Shown: positions 1 to 8,838 of the stretch, one piece after another
Layout of the letters: the number at the start of each line of letters is the position of its first letter
How positions within the stretch are numbered: position 1 is the first letter of the stretch
DNA from: an uncultured Bacteroidia bacterium
Lineage (GTDB): Bacteria; Bacteroidota; Bacteroidia; J057
Reading direction: 5' to 3'
DNA length: 64,000 bases
Assembly: GCA_964652565.1 (NCBI GenBank)
Contig: CAZZEC010000010.1
Location: forward strand, 194 to 64,193
Position numbers and translations under genes: made by a program
The notes under the pieces: generated by a model
Told to the model about the DNA's origin: nothing
Databases searched by the model: none
The model's input: the letters and a program-made list of their open reading frames with translations, nothing else

Positions 1-2
1 GG

Positions 3-278
3 GAAAAATTCTATTCATCTCTCAATGTAAGTCCTCATTTAAGGAATTACTTCAGCAAAACCAACGAGAAAATTCAGCGTGGATTTGAACTGTTCTGCTC
101 TCTAAGAACGGGTTATAGATTCACATTCTTTAAAAATCTTCTATTCCTGGAACCATCAGTTGGTTTTAATTTTTATCCCATTCGCACCCATGTACCTGAT
201 GCATTTGAAATGGTGGAAGAAAAATGGCCCGAATATTTTTTGTTCGATCCAGGATTTCATTTTGGGATAAATTTTTAG
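3..278 (+). CDS. 3' end of an unidentified protein gene that begins upstream of the window (91 codons + TAG)
   Basis: Frame 3 is open from the window edge to TAG at 276-278 (...EKWPEYFLFDPGFHFGINF*). It is absent from the ORF track because it has no start. No family recognised. Confidence 0.3.
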   Translation, partial: EKFYSSLNVSPHLRNYFSKTNEKIQRGFELFCSLRTGYRFTFFKNLLFLEPSVGFNFYPIRTHVPDAFEMVEEKWPEYFLFDPGFHFGINF

Positions 279-452
279 TTATCTAATCATGTGAGGAAAT
301 AACCTAGTTAATTAGAAAAAATATTATCTACCATGGATAAAGTTCAAATTCAGTTCTTAACAAATGCATTGATTAGTATATAAACCTACAACTGATTTCA
401 GCTATTTTATTTAGATTTCAGTATCTTCACTAAGGAATCATGTATCAAAACA

Positions 453-536
453 ATGACTCGCACGACGGAAAAATACATTAACCTATTCACCGATTTTGGT
501 TTTAACCCGCACTTTGCTAATCTCACATCTCAATAA
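453..536 (+). pseudogene. 27-codon remnant resembling the N-terminus of Rpn / PD-(D/E)XK_2 'putative transposase' family proteins
   Basis: ATG 453 to TAA 534-536 translates to MTRTTEKYINLFTDFGFNPHFANLTSQ*. The KYINxFTDFGF string is the characteristic N-terminal motif of that family. The ORF is truncated and overlaps the cydB stop. Confidence 0.3.
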
Positions 537-1564
537 CTCATCTCGTCCAATTCCACTTTTCCCCAGAAAGTTCTGTAAACAAAGAATGTGTATAGTCCTA
601 CCAAAGGAATACCAATAGCTGCGAAGGTCAACATAATCCCCAGTGACTTATTGGAGGAGGCTGAATTGTAGACTGTAATCGTATACGCATCATCTATTGT
701 GGAAAGAATAATGGCTGGGTATAATTCTATAGCGACCAGTATTAATAATAAACTTACTGTAAGAGAGGAAAATACAAATGCCCATCCATATTTTTTCCCA
801 GACACTAAGCGAGGAATATTGGCAATACATAGAAAAGCCAATAGGGGTATGACAAACAATGCGGGTAACTCCTGGAATCGATCGGTTAAGTGAGGAAGAA
901 ATAACAAGGTATATAATGTAGTAATACCAAAGGATACGATAAAAAAGATGATGGCATTTTTTAGTAGTATTCGTATTTTGGCGAATAATCTCCCTTCTGT
1001 TTTCATGGTGAGGTAAATAGCACCGTGCATCATAAACAATGCCAGCGTACTGATCCCCACCATAAGTGCATAGGGATTGATAAATTCCAGCCAATTTCCC
1101 TCGTAAGAGAAGTTTTCACCTAAGGGAAACCCCTGTAAGATATTTCCCAATACGATACCCAACAGCACTGCCATCATTACACTAGACACGCTGTAACTAA
1201 CATCAAATGTCTTTTTCCACCAGGTCATTTCCTCCTTACTCCTAAATTCAATGGATACAGCTCTAAAAATAAGAAACAGCAAAAACAGCATAAAGGGAAT
1301 ATACATGGCAGAAAAAACTGTAGCATATACAATCGGAAAACCTGCAAATAATGCCCCCCCAGCAATGACTAACCATACTTCATTCCCATCCCACACAGGT
1401 CCAACAGCATTTAGTGCAATCCTCCGACTCTTCTCTTTCTTGAGGAACAAATGCCAGGCACCTGCACCTAAATCAAAACCATCTAAAATGGCGTAACCGG
1501 TAAATACTCCTCCCAGTAGTAGAAACCACAACGTGGGATAATCTATTCCAAGAAATTCTGACAT
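530..1564 (-). CDS. cydB: cytochrome bd ubiquinol oxidase subunit II
   Basis: 344 aa polytopic membrane protein. The N-terminus LWFLLLGGVFTGYAILDGFDLGAG is the typical CydB signature. It lies 36 nt downstream of cydA. Confidence 0.9.
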   Translation of the reverse strand: MSEFLGIDYPTLWFLLLGGVFTGYAILDGFDLGAGAWHLFLKKEKSRRIALNAVGPVWDGNEVWLVIAGGALFAGFPIVYATVFSAMYIPFMLFLLFLIFRAVSIEFRSKEEMTWWKKTFDVSYSVSSVMMAVLLGIVLGNILQGFPLGENFSYEGNWLEFINPYALMVGISTLALFMMHGAIYLTMKTEGRLFAKIRILLKNAIIFFIVSFGITTLYTLLFLPHLTDRFQELPALFVIPLLAFLCIANIPRLVSGKKYGWAFVFSSLTVSLLLILVAIELYPAIILSTIDDAYTITVYNSASSNKSLGIMLTFAAIGIPLVGLYTFFVYRTFWGKVELDEMSY

Positions 1565-1600
1565 ATATTCTATTCTGCTATATATTAACTAAAGAAAACG

Positions 1601-2971
1601 TTAGAGTTGCTTTGCCATCTCGCGCTGCGTAGGCCGCTGGTCAATCATGGTCCCATCTTTGGGACCGTGTTTGATCTTTTTATCCAATAAATAGATAAAT
1701 AGTGCAAATAATAGCGCATAGATCAATGTAAACATAATCAGGGAAAATAATACCTGATTGGCTGTAACGGCTTCGGAAAGGGCATCAGATGTTCTCAGCA
1801 ACCCATATACCACCCAGGGTTGTCTACCCATTTCTGCAGAAAACCAACCAAATTGGTTGGCCAACTGCGGAAGAATAACTGCCAAAACGAACAATTTCAT
1901 CAGCCATTTTTGTTCAAATAGCTTCCCTCTAAGCCAAAAAATCCCGCCTAAGAGACTCAGGCCAATTAACATCATGCCAATGGCTACCATCAGATGATAA
2001 AACTGAAAGATCGCATTGATTGCTGTGGGACGTTCGTCCTGGGGAAATGCGTTGAGGCCTGTAACAGGAGTTTCCGTGTCTTGGTGTAATAAAAAAGTTA
2101 AGCCTGCGGGAACTTTAATCCCCCTTACTGTCTGGGTCTTTTTATCTACCCAACCCAATATATATAAATCTGCTACCGATGTACTATCAAAATGCCCTTC
2201 AAAAGCTGCAAGTTTTGCAGGCTGATTCTCAGATACTCCCTCTGCTGATGCATGTCCAGCTACTAATTGCCCTAAAGAACTAATTATCGCTACACTGAGT
2301 GCTATTTTAAAGGCCTTCCTGGATAGTTCTATATGTCTGCCCTTGATGATATAATAGGCATGAACGCTTAATACCAAAAATGCGCCCGCAAGGAATGCCC
2401 CTATCCATACATGGGTCAATCTTTCTACACTAGAGGGATTAAATACCATGGCCCAGAAATCTGTAATTTCAGCTCTGGCATTCATCCCATCTCCTACAAT
2501 GTGATATCCTGCTGGTGTCTGCTGCCAGCTATTGGCAACGACAATCCAAATTGCAGAGAACATAGACCCCAGAAAAACGCCGATGGTAGAGATAAAATGC
2601 ACACGAGGGCTCACTCGGTTCCATCCAAATAGCAACACGCCTAAAAAACCACTTTCCAATGCGAAAGCAAATATACCTTCTGCTGCTAGTGCACTTCCAA
2701 ACACATCTCCCACAAACCTGGAATATGTCGCCCAGTTCGTTCCAAATTCGAATTCCATGACTATCCCCGTAGCTACCCCAATTCCGAAAGTTAACGCAAA
2801 AATTTTCGTCCAGAACTTCGCCAACTGCTCATACGCTTGATTTCTCGTTCTTAAAAACATCCCCTCCATAATCACCATAATTAATCCCAGCCCTATGCTT
2901 AATGGAGGATATATATAGTGGAAGGACACTGTAAAAGCAAACTGTATCCTCGATAATAACTCTACATCCAT
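1601..2971 (-). CDS. cydA: cytochrome bd ubiquinol oxidase subunit I
   Basis: 456 aa. The N-terminus LSRIQFAFTVSFHYIYPPLSIGLG is typical of CydA, and the C-terminal part has GWFSAEMGRQPWVVYGLLRT (Q-loop/haem region). Confidence 0.92.
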   Translation of the reverse strand: MDVELLSRIQFAFTVSFHYIYPPLSIGLGLIMVIMEGMFLRTRNQAYEQLAKFWTKIFALTFGIGVATGIVMEFEFGTNWATYSRFVGDVFGSALAAEGIFAFALESGFLGVLLFGWNRVSPRVHFISTIGVFLGSMFSAIWIVVANSWQQTPAGYHIVGDGMNARAEITDFWAMVFNPSSVERLTHVWIGAFLAGAFLVLSVHAYYIIKGRHIELSRKAFKIALSVAIISSLGQLVAGHASAEGVSENQPAKLAAFEGHFDSTSVADLYILGWVDKKTQTVRGIKVPAGLTFLLHQDTETPVTGLNAFPQDERPTAINAIFQFYHLMVAIGMMLIGLSLLGGIFWLRGKLFEQKWLMKLFVLAVILPQLANQFGWFSAEMGRQPWVVYGLLRTSDALSEAVTANQVLFSLIMFTLIYALLFALFIYLLDKKIKHGPKDGTMIDQRPTQREMAKQL

Positions 2972-2982
2972 GTTCTATGTGG

Positions 2983-3870
2983 TTAATTGGATTGTAAATA
3001 CGTCCTACGAAACTTATCAGGGCTTATCCCTTCATATTTCTTAAAAAAACGACAAAAATATGAATTGTCATCAAAATGAAGCGCATGACTGATCTCACTA
3101 ACCGTTCGATCATCGTGCATTAGCATTCTTCGTGCTTCAAGCATGATACGCCTTCGAATATGTTCTCCTGCTGATTTACCTGTGATTCGTTTGCAGATGG
3201 AATTGAGGTAATTGGGCGTGATTTTCAACATTTCGGCATATTCCTTGACCAAGTGTTTTCTTTCAAAATGACGATCGATCATTTGTTCAAACTCCTTTAC
3301 CAGCCTACGTGCATGTAAATCCGTTTTACTAGGTGTATGATGTGTTTCATACCTTCGCTTGCACTCAACCAGAATAATATTCAAATACGATCTCAATACT
3401 TTCAAGGAATCATTCTCATGTATATTGTATTCTTCATAGGTTAGTTCGAACAGCTGAACCATTCGTAGAAATTCATCGCTATCCGTAAAATGGAGGTAAG
3501 GATCTCCATAACTATTGTTAAAAAAGGGAAATTCAAATAAATTATTGGTGTTGTATCTCAATGTAAAAAATTCATCCGTAAAAAATATGAGATATCCTTC
3601 TAACCCGTGGTCCTCTTCCCATTCATGGACCATACCAGGATACATTAAAAAGATACTCTGGGGTTGAATCGAATAGGAATGAAAATCTATGCGTTGGCTA
3701 CCTGTACCTTCCAACACGAGAAAAATCATATAATAATTATGCCTGTGAGTTTGACTCAACGTAGCACTCTCTCGCTTGAAGTCTGTATACTTGCACATAT
3801 CAAAATTATGTCCCCCTCTTGCAAAGGCATTACATCTGAGTTCCTCTATGTTGATCAATTTGGGATGCAC
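2983..3870 (-). CDS. AraC-family transcriptional regulator (N-terminal cupin-like sensor, C-terminal HTH)
   Basis: C-terminal double HTH: YAEMLKITPNYLNSICKRITGKSAGEHIRRRIMLEARRML...SEISHALHFDDNSYFCRFFKK. The stop is only 11 nt before the cydA start. Confidence 0.85.
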   Translation of the reverse strand: MHPKLINIEELRCNAFARGGHNFDMCKYTDFKRESATLSQTHRHNYYMIFLVLEGTGSQRIDFHSYSIQPQSIFLMYPGMVHEWEEDHGLEGYLIFFTDEFFTLRYNTNNLFEFPFFNNSYGDPYLHFTDSDEFLRMVQLFELTYEEYNIHENDSLKVLRSYLNIILVECKRRYETHHTPSKTDLHARRLVKEFEQMIDRHFERKHLVKEYAEMLKITPNYLNSICKRITGKSAGEHIRRRIMLEARRMLMHDDRTVSEISHALHFDDNSYFCRFFKKYEGISPDKFRRTYLQSN

Positions 3871-3967
3871 AAGTTTAACTTTTCATTAATCTAACGAATA
3901 GATCGCAACTAAGATTAGAATTTTTTCATCGGTATATGTCACTAATTACTTATAGCAGGAATTCCAT

Positions 3968-3998
3968 AAAAAAGGCCAGTGTTAAATACTGACCTTTT
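3968..3998 (-). terminator. Rho-independent terminator downstream of the MBL-rhodanese gene
   Basis: The minus strand reads AAAAGGTCAGT-ATTTAAC-ACTGGCCTTTTTT: a 7-9 bp stem with one G-U pair, then a T-run. It starts about 64 nt after the stop at 4062. Confidence 0.5.
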
Positions 3999-4061
3999 AT
4001 CGAAACGCGATCTCCCATTAGTGTAATCAACCTATACCATCATAACCAAGCATGATATGAA

Positions 4062-5510
4062 TTATACAACCGCTTCCGTTGCCTTGTCAATCTCTTCCTG
4101 GTCCATCTTTGTCGGACAAACGTATTCTGTCTTAGGAATGGAAGAGGTTTCTATCGCTCTCCATCCTTTTTGTATATCAACCAAATTGCGAAAACCTCTC
4201 GATTGCAAGATAGAAGCGGTGATCATCGACCTATATCCTCCTAAACAATGCATATAATAAGTTTCTTCCCTGTTCAGACGATTCATATTCTTGTTAATGT
4301 AATCAAGGGGGAAATTAACTGCTCCTATTACGTGATGGGATAAATATTCTGTGGGTTTGCGTACGTCTAACACGGTTACTTCTTCCTGTTGCATTCTTTC
4401 TGCAAGTTCCTCAGCACTAATAGATTCAATAGAGTCTATCTCTTTGTTAGCACGTTTCCAGGCTTCTATTCCACCTTTGAGAAAACCCAGGGTATTATCA
4501 TATCCTACTCTCGACAATCTAGTTACAACTTCCTCTTCTCTTCCTTCTTCCGCCAGGAATACAATGGGTTGCTTTAGATCTGTGATCAGTGCACCCACCC
4601 AAGGAGCAAAACTTCCATCCAGCCCGATAAAAATGCTATTGGGAATATGCCCCTTTGCAAATGACAGCTCACTTCTCGTATCTAAAACAAGGGCTTCATG
4701 CGCTTCTACCATCGCTTCAAATTCCGCAGGAGAAAGAGGAACAGCTCCCTTTTCCAATATCTCATCGAAGCGCTCATATCCCATTTTATTCATCATCGCA
4801 TTTTTTGGAAAATATTGAGGAGGAGGAGTAAGTCCTTCTGTAACTTCTCGTATGAATTCCTCTTTCGTTATATTTTCTCTCAAGGCATAATTTGTTTTCT
4901 TCTGATCGCCTAAATACCCCCAGGTATCAGTACTCAGATTTTTACCACATGCAGAACCTGCCCCATGTCCAGGATAAACAATGACATCATCAGCCAATGG
5001 GAAGATTTTGCTCCTCAGGCTATCGTACAAAAACCCTGCAAGATCCTCTTTAGTAATCTCACCTTGCTTGATGGCTAAATCTGGCCTTCCCACATCTCCT
5101 AAAAACAGGGTATCTCCTGTGAATATCGCATAATCCTTACCAGTCTCATCTTTTAACAGATAGGTAGTACTTTCCATGGTGTGTCCAGGGGTATGCAATA
5201 CCTTAAATGTGAGCTTACCTACGGTGAGTTCTTCTCCATCTGTTGCCTGATAGATTTCGTACGCAGTAGATGCATTAGGTCCGTAGACAATCGTTGCACC
5301 TGTCTTCTCGGCAAGGTCAATATGACCTGAAACGAAATCAGCATGAAAATGCGTTTCGAAAATGTATTTCAGTTTAGCACCTTCAGCTTCTAACTTTTCC
5401 AAGTAGGGCTTCGTCTCACGCAGTGGATCAATAATTACTGCCTCTCCTTGACTTTCAATATAATATGCTGCTTCTGCTAAACAACCAGTATAAATTTGTT
5501 CTACTTTCAT
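4062..5510 (-). CDS. MBL-fold metallo-hydrolase fused to two rhodanese domains (putative persulfide dioxygenase-sulfurtransferase, CstB/Blh-like)
   Basis: 482 aa. Metal motif ETHFHADFVSGH plus HTPGHT. The middle rhodanese-like domain has no active Cys. The C-terminal rhodanese has the catalytic loop HCLGGYRS. Confidence 0.85.
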   Translation of the reverse strand: MKVEQIYTGCLAEAAYYIESQGEAVIIDPLRETKPYLEKLEAEGAKLKYIFETHFHADFVSGHIDLAEKTGATIVYGPNASTAYEIYQATDGEELTVGKLTFKVLHTPGHTMESTTYLLKDETGKDYAIFTGDTLFLGDVGRPDLAIKQGEITKEDLAGFLYDSLRSKIFPLADDVIVYPGHGAGSACGKNLSTDTWGYLGDQKKTNYALRENITKEEFIREVTEGLTPPPQYFPKNAMMNKMGYERFDEILEKGAVPLSPAEFEAMVEAHEALVLDTRSELSFAKGHIPNSIFIGLDGSFAPWVGALITDLKQPIVFLAEEGREEEVVTRLSRVGYDNTLGFLKGGIEAWKRANKEIDSIESISAEELAERMQQEEVTVLDVRKPTEYLSHHVIGAVNFPLDYINKNMNRLNREETYYMHCLGGYRSMITASILQSRGFRNLVDIQKGWRAIETSSIPKTEYVCPTKMDQEEIDKATEAVV

Positions 5511-5555
5511 TTTATCTTATTTTAATTGCAATATCACATATTCAATTTGATTTTT

Positions 5556-5573
5556 CAGTGATATTCATCACAA
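5556..5573. promoter_or_regulatory. CRP/FNR-type operator candidate upstream of the MBL-rhodanese gene
   Basis: CAGTGAT-ATTC-ATCACAA (GTGA-N6-TCAC core), centred about 54 nt upstream of the start at 5510. It shares the CAGTGAT arm with three other sites in the island. Confidence 0.4.
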
Positions 5574-5596
5574 AAAAAAGACATATCAAGAAATCT

Positions 5597-6430
5597 TTAT
5601 ACTTTAATATTTAAAATTGGTTGCCATAAATGGTTAACTAATTCCAAAGAAATATCTTGTCTAAACAAACGCGCTAACCCCTTTCCCTTATGGGTTTCTA
5701 ATACGATGAAATCCATTCCGGTGTCAGCACTGAAATGAGATATGCCTTCTTCCATTGAATAATCGCAATAAACGTGATGTTGAGTGTTAGCCAGACCATT
5801 CATTGTCTCAAATTTACGCATGTTCTCAATCACCGCTCTATGGGGCTCAAAATTCCCGGGAGTATTGATTTTTAGCAAATGTAAGGTTGCTTGAAATACC
5901 TTTTGGAGTGTTTTCACCACAGATAAATCAATCCTTTCTGTCTCATGAAAGTCGCTTATGAATAGAATATCATTGATTTTGTAATCAGAACGATCACACT
6001 TAAGACTCAATACAGGAATGGAAGCCTCTTTTACTACATGAGCAGTATGTGTACTTCGCAGAAACTCGTTAAGGCCTGTAGCGCCTTTGGTTCCCATTAC
6101 TACTAAATCTATATTATTTTTTCTAATATATGATAAAATATCCTCTTCAATCCTTCCTATATGCACTGTTACAACTTTCACATCTGGTTTATCTTGTTTC
6201 CACTCCTCTAGTTCACTAAGCCTCTTAGCTGCTAATTGCTTCAATTCACTAATATCTTCCCCTTCATCTTCTTTTATATTTCCTTCTCGATCAAAAAATA
6301 CATTACCTGGTGCAGGAATAATGCTCAACGCGTGAATATCTGCACCTGTACCCGCTGAAATTTGCTTTGCAATATCATAAGCAAAGTCTGCGAGTTCACT
6401 TCCGTCGGTGGGTATGAGTATCTTATTCAT
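5597..6430 (-). CDS. tandem universal stress protein (two UspA domains)
   Basis: 277 aa. Both halves show USP hallmarks (ILIPTDGSELADFA...DLVVMGTKGATGL and ILFISDF...FIVLETHKGKG). The start overlaps the rhodanese gene end by 8 nt. Confidence 0.8.
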   Translation of the reverse strand: MNKILIPTDGSELADFAYDIAKQISAGTGADIHALSIIPAPGNVFFDREGNIKEDEGEDISELKQLAAKRLSELEEWKQDKPDVKVVTVHIGRIEEDILSYIRKNNIDLVVMGTKGATGLNEFLRSTHTAHVVKEASIPVLSLKCDRSDYKINDILFISDFHETERIDLSVVKTLQKVFQATLHLLKINTPGNFEPHRAVIENMRKFETMNGLANTQHHVYCDYSMEEGISHFSADTGMDFIVLETHKGKGLARLFRQDISLELVNHLWQPILNIKV

Positions 6431-6752
6431 GACGCTGTTGGTTTGTAATCATATCGGCAACTTGTTTCCAGGATCCCCCGTTGTAGATGTCTATGCCCTT
6501 ACTCTTGAGACGTTGAGTGGCAATACCGCTTCTCCTTCCCGATGCACAACATGCAATGATTGGTTTCTCCCAACCACTGATCTCATCTAGACTTTGATCT
6601 ACGCTATTTAAAGGAATATTTATCGCTCCAGGCGCATGGCCGGCTTGAAATTCTTCTTTTGTACGTACATCTAATACTACTGCACCTTGATCCCATATTT
6701 CCATTAAGGATTTTGATGAACCTCCAAATAGCTGTTTAAATAATTCCATCAT
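6423..6752 (-). CDS. single-domain rhodanese sulfurtransferase
   Basis: 109 aa. VVLDVRTKEEFQAGHAPGAINIP and active-site loop CCASGRRS. Confidence 0.85.
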   Translation of the reverse strand: MMELFKQLFGGSSKSLMEIWDQGAVVLDVRTKEEFQAGHAPGAINIPLNSVDQSLDEISGWEKPIIACCASGRRSGIATQRLKSKGIDIYNGGSWKQVADMITNQQRHE

Positions 6753-6786
6753 TTGAAAAAATTAGTCTTGATAATTTGTATAATAG

Positions 6787-6804
6787 TCAGTGACATTTCA
6801 CTGA
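6787..6804. promoter_or_regulatory. Perfect 7-4-7 palindrome TCAGTGA-CATT-TCACTGA upstream of the rhodanese-USP unit
   Basis: Read directly from the sequence. Centre is about 43 nt upstream of the start at 6752. The arms are shared with the other three sites, but the GTGA/TCAC spacing is 4 instead of 6. Confidence 0.35.
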
Positions 6805-6840
6805 TCTTAAGTGTAAAATTATTCAGACGATCTTACCTTT

Positions 6841-6858
6841 TCAGTGATGTACGTCACT
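6841..6858. promoter_or_regulatory. CRP/FNR-type operator candidate (second site upstream of the rhodanese-USP unit)
   Basis: TCAGTGAT-GTAC-GTCACT, with GTGA-N6-TCAC core. It lies 10 nt downstream of the crp-like stop and about 98 nt upstream of the rhodanese start. Confidence 0.4.
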
Positions 6859-6867
6859 TAGTTTCAC

Positions 6868-7536
6868 CTAAGAGGCAGATAATAGTTCAATTTTATTTCT
6901 TCCAAGGCGAATTCGCTCCATATTTTCCAGTTGCTTAAGCAGTCTGGAAATAGCTTCTCTCGATGCATTTAAATCATTGGCGATTTCGGAATGGGTGGTA
7001 TGAATAACCTGGCTTTGAGTGGATGAAGCTCGTTGCAGGAGATACTCCCAGAGGCGTTCATCCATCTTTTTGAATGCGATGCTATCTATGGTATTCATAA
7101 ATTCCAACATGCGGTTGTCATATGATAGCATGACAAAGTTTTTCCAACTACGGTAGACAAGCATCCATTCATCCACATACTGTAAGGGAATCGAAATCAG
7201 GGTAGAATCTTCTTCCGCAATGGCCCTAATCTGACTTTGTTTGCTCATCATACAACATGAAAATGACATGGAGCAAGTTTCCCCTTCATTGAGGTAATAC
7301 AGCAGTAGCTCTTTGCCGTCCTCTCCTTCTCGCATAACCTTAATGCTACCTTTTATGACCAAAGGTAGCATCGATATATATTGTCCGTAATCCATCAGGG
7401 TTTCACCAGCCGAAATATGTACTACATGTGCTACCTCAGCTATAGAACGCTGTAATTCCGGTTCGGAAAGCTGTGGAAAATACTGTTGAACCAGTGCCAA
7501 CAGTGAATCTTTATCAATATGAGAATCTACTTTCAT
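6868..7536 (-). CDS. Crp/Fnr-family transcriptional regulator
   Basis: 222 aa. N-terminal cNMP-binding-like beta-roll (IKGSIKVMREGEDGKELLLYYLNEGETC) and C-terminal HTH (THSEIANDLNASREAISRLLKQLE). Confidence 0.85.
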   Translation of the reverse strand: MKVDSHIDKDSLLALVQQYFPQLSEPELQRSIAEVAHVVHISAGETLMDYGQYISMLPLVIKGSIKVMREGEDGKELLLYYLNEGETCSMSFSCCMMSKQSQIRAIAEEDSTLISIPLQYVDEWMLVYRSWKNFVMLSYDNRMLEFMNTIDSIAFKKMDERLWEYLLQRASSTQSQVIHTTHSEIANDLNASREAISRLLKQLENMERIRLGRNKIELLSAS

Positions 7537-7542
7537 CAGTCT

Positions 7543-7956
7543 CTAGTGAGGAAGCCGTTTCATTACTACCCCATAAGTAAATGTTCCAAGCAATGCACCT
7601 AACATTACCAAGGCAATGATTCCATATCCATTCCCTAACAAAACATACATTGGACCTGGACAAGAACCCACCAATGCCCACCCCAATCCAAAGATAGACC
7701 CAGCCAGTATATGGCGCTTAGGTCTTAATTTCATAGGAGTATAATCTACAAAAGTACCTCTCAAAGTTTTCATGTTAGATCTTTTCATCATATACACCAA
7801 CCCTGCACTGACTATGACTGCGACAGAGATAATGCCATACATATGAAAGCTTTCGAACCTAAACATTTCCAAAATCCGAAACCATGAAATTGCTTCAGAC
7901 TTTGTCATAATAATTCCGAATAAGATCCCAACGAATAAAAATGGTATATTTTTCAT
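7543..7956 (-). CDS. YeeE/YedE-type sulfur-compound transporter, small half (DUF6691-like)
   Basis: 137 aa with 4 TM segments. GWALVGSCPGP motif typical of YeeE/YedE half-proteins. Lies 13 nt after the larger half. Confidence 0.75.
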   Translation of the reverse strand: MKNIPFLFVGILFGIIMTKSEAISWFRILEMFRFESFHMYGIISVAVIVSAGLVYMMKRSNMKTLRGTFVDYTPMKLRPKRHILAGSIFGLGWALVGSCPGPMYVLLGNGYGIIALVMLGALLGTFTYGVVMKRLPH

Positions 7957-7969
7957 AATGAAATGCTTA

Positions 7970-8569
7970 TTAGATTGTAATTAAAAACGGGAGAATAAAA
8001 TGGGCCATAATTAAACCGCCGATAAAAAAACCTATGACTGTTAATAGGGAAGGTAATTGTAAATGTGCCAGGCCAGTAATAGCATGTCCCGAGGTACATC
8101 CATCCCCATACCTAGCTCCAAATCCTACCAAAAACCCTCCAGCAAGTGCCATGAGTATACCTTTTATACTCGCAAAATTAAATATACTGGTAGGGACCAT
8201 TCCCTGACCTGTAGTATCAGCTTCCGGATAATTTACCCCTAAGCTTTCTAAGTATGATACAGTATCAGTAGATATAGCCACTGGTTCTGGACTACTGAAA
8301 AATTGGGAAGTGAGTACTCCTCCAATTACTGCCCCTAACACAAAGGTTAGACGCCAATGTTCATTTTTCAAGTCGATATTGAAAAATGGATACTTTCTGC
8401 CAGCACCTGCTAATGTACAAATAGTTCTAAAAGATGAGGAGACACCAAAACTTCGACCCATCCATGTAAGTAGGAACAAAATCAAGGCAATCATTACTCC
8501 AGAAAATGACCAATGCCAGGGTTGATTAATGAGTCCTACCCATTCATATGTCCTAGATGAAAGTTCCAT
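7970..8569 (-). CDS. YeeE/YedE-family sulfur-compound (thiosulfate-type) transporter, large half
   Basis: 199 aa membrane protein with the conserved GDGCTSGHAITG motif. Confidence 0.8.
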   Translation of the reverse strand: MELSSRTYEWVGLINQPWHWSFSGVMIALILFLLTWMGRSFGVSSSFRTICTLAGAGRKYPFFNIDLKNEHWRLTFVLGAVIGGVLTSQFFSSPEPVAISTDTVSYLESLGVNYPEADTTGQGMVPTSIFNFASIKGILMALAGGFLVGFGARYGDGCTSGHAITGLAHLQLPSLLTVIGFFIGGLIMAHFILPFLITI

Positions 8570-8648
8570 AATAATTTTCTATCTAATGTGCTTAAACTAA
8601 TAATCTTAAAAATCTGATTGCAAATGTACCACTCAGAAAACATCGTTT

Positions 8649-8667
8649 TCAGTGATCAATATCACTG
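8649..8667. promoter_or_regulatory. CRP-type operator: perfect palindrome CAGTGAT-CAAT-ATCACTG in the divergent yeeE / cupin-MTase intergenic region
   Basis: Read directly from the sequence. It matches the classical CRP core GTGAT-N4-ATCAC. It sits about 89 nt upstream of the yeeE start (8569) and about 180 nt upstream of the 8839 start. Confidence 0.45.
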
Positions 8668-8838
8668 TAGATATGAAGAAAAAATAAAAAAATTGTTGTT
8701 GTAGAAACCAATATCACACTACAAAGGTTCATCCATACATCTAGCTATCATTTAGTGCCTGTTGTACCTGTGTTCAGTTTCATATCAACATAAATATTCA
8801 TATTATTATATCAGAATTCCTTAATTCATATAGCAAAA

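Noticed and set aside
279-529. Search for a cydX-type small subunit downstream of cydB
   Set aside because: The only minus-strand micro-ORF there (about 23 codons, MYFSVVRVIVLIHDSLVKILKSK) lacks the Trp-containing TM pattern of CydX/CbdX. It was not reported.
690-2840. Track ORFs antisense to or overlapping cydB/cydA (690-1094, 699-893, 1251-1496, 1758-1997, 2016-2225, 2411-2632, 2532-2840)
   Set aside because: They lie entirely inside strongly supported cydA/cydB genes on the other strand or frame. Their composition is low-complexity with no recognisable motifs. They are shadow ORFs.
4057-4913. Plus-strand ORFs inside the MBL-rhodanese gene (4057-4257, 4351-4818, 4389-4577, 4698-4913)
   Set aside because: They are antisense shadows of a well-supported 482-aa gene, and their sequences are Ser/Leu/Arg-rich and unstructured.
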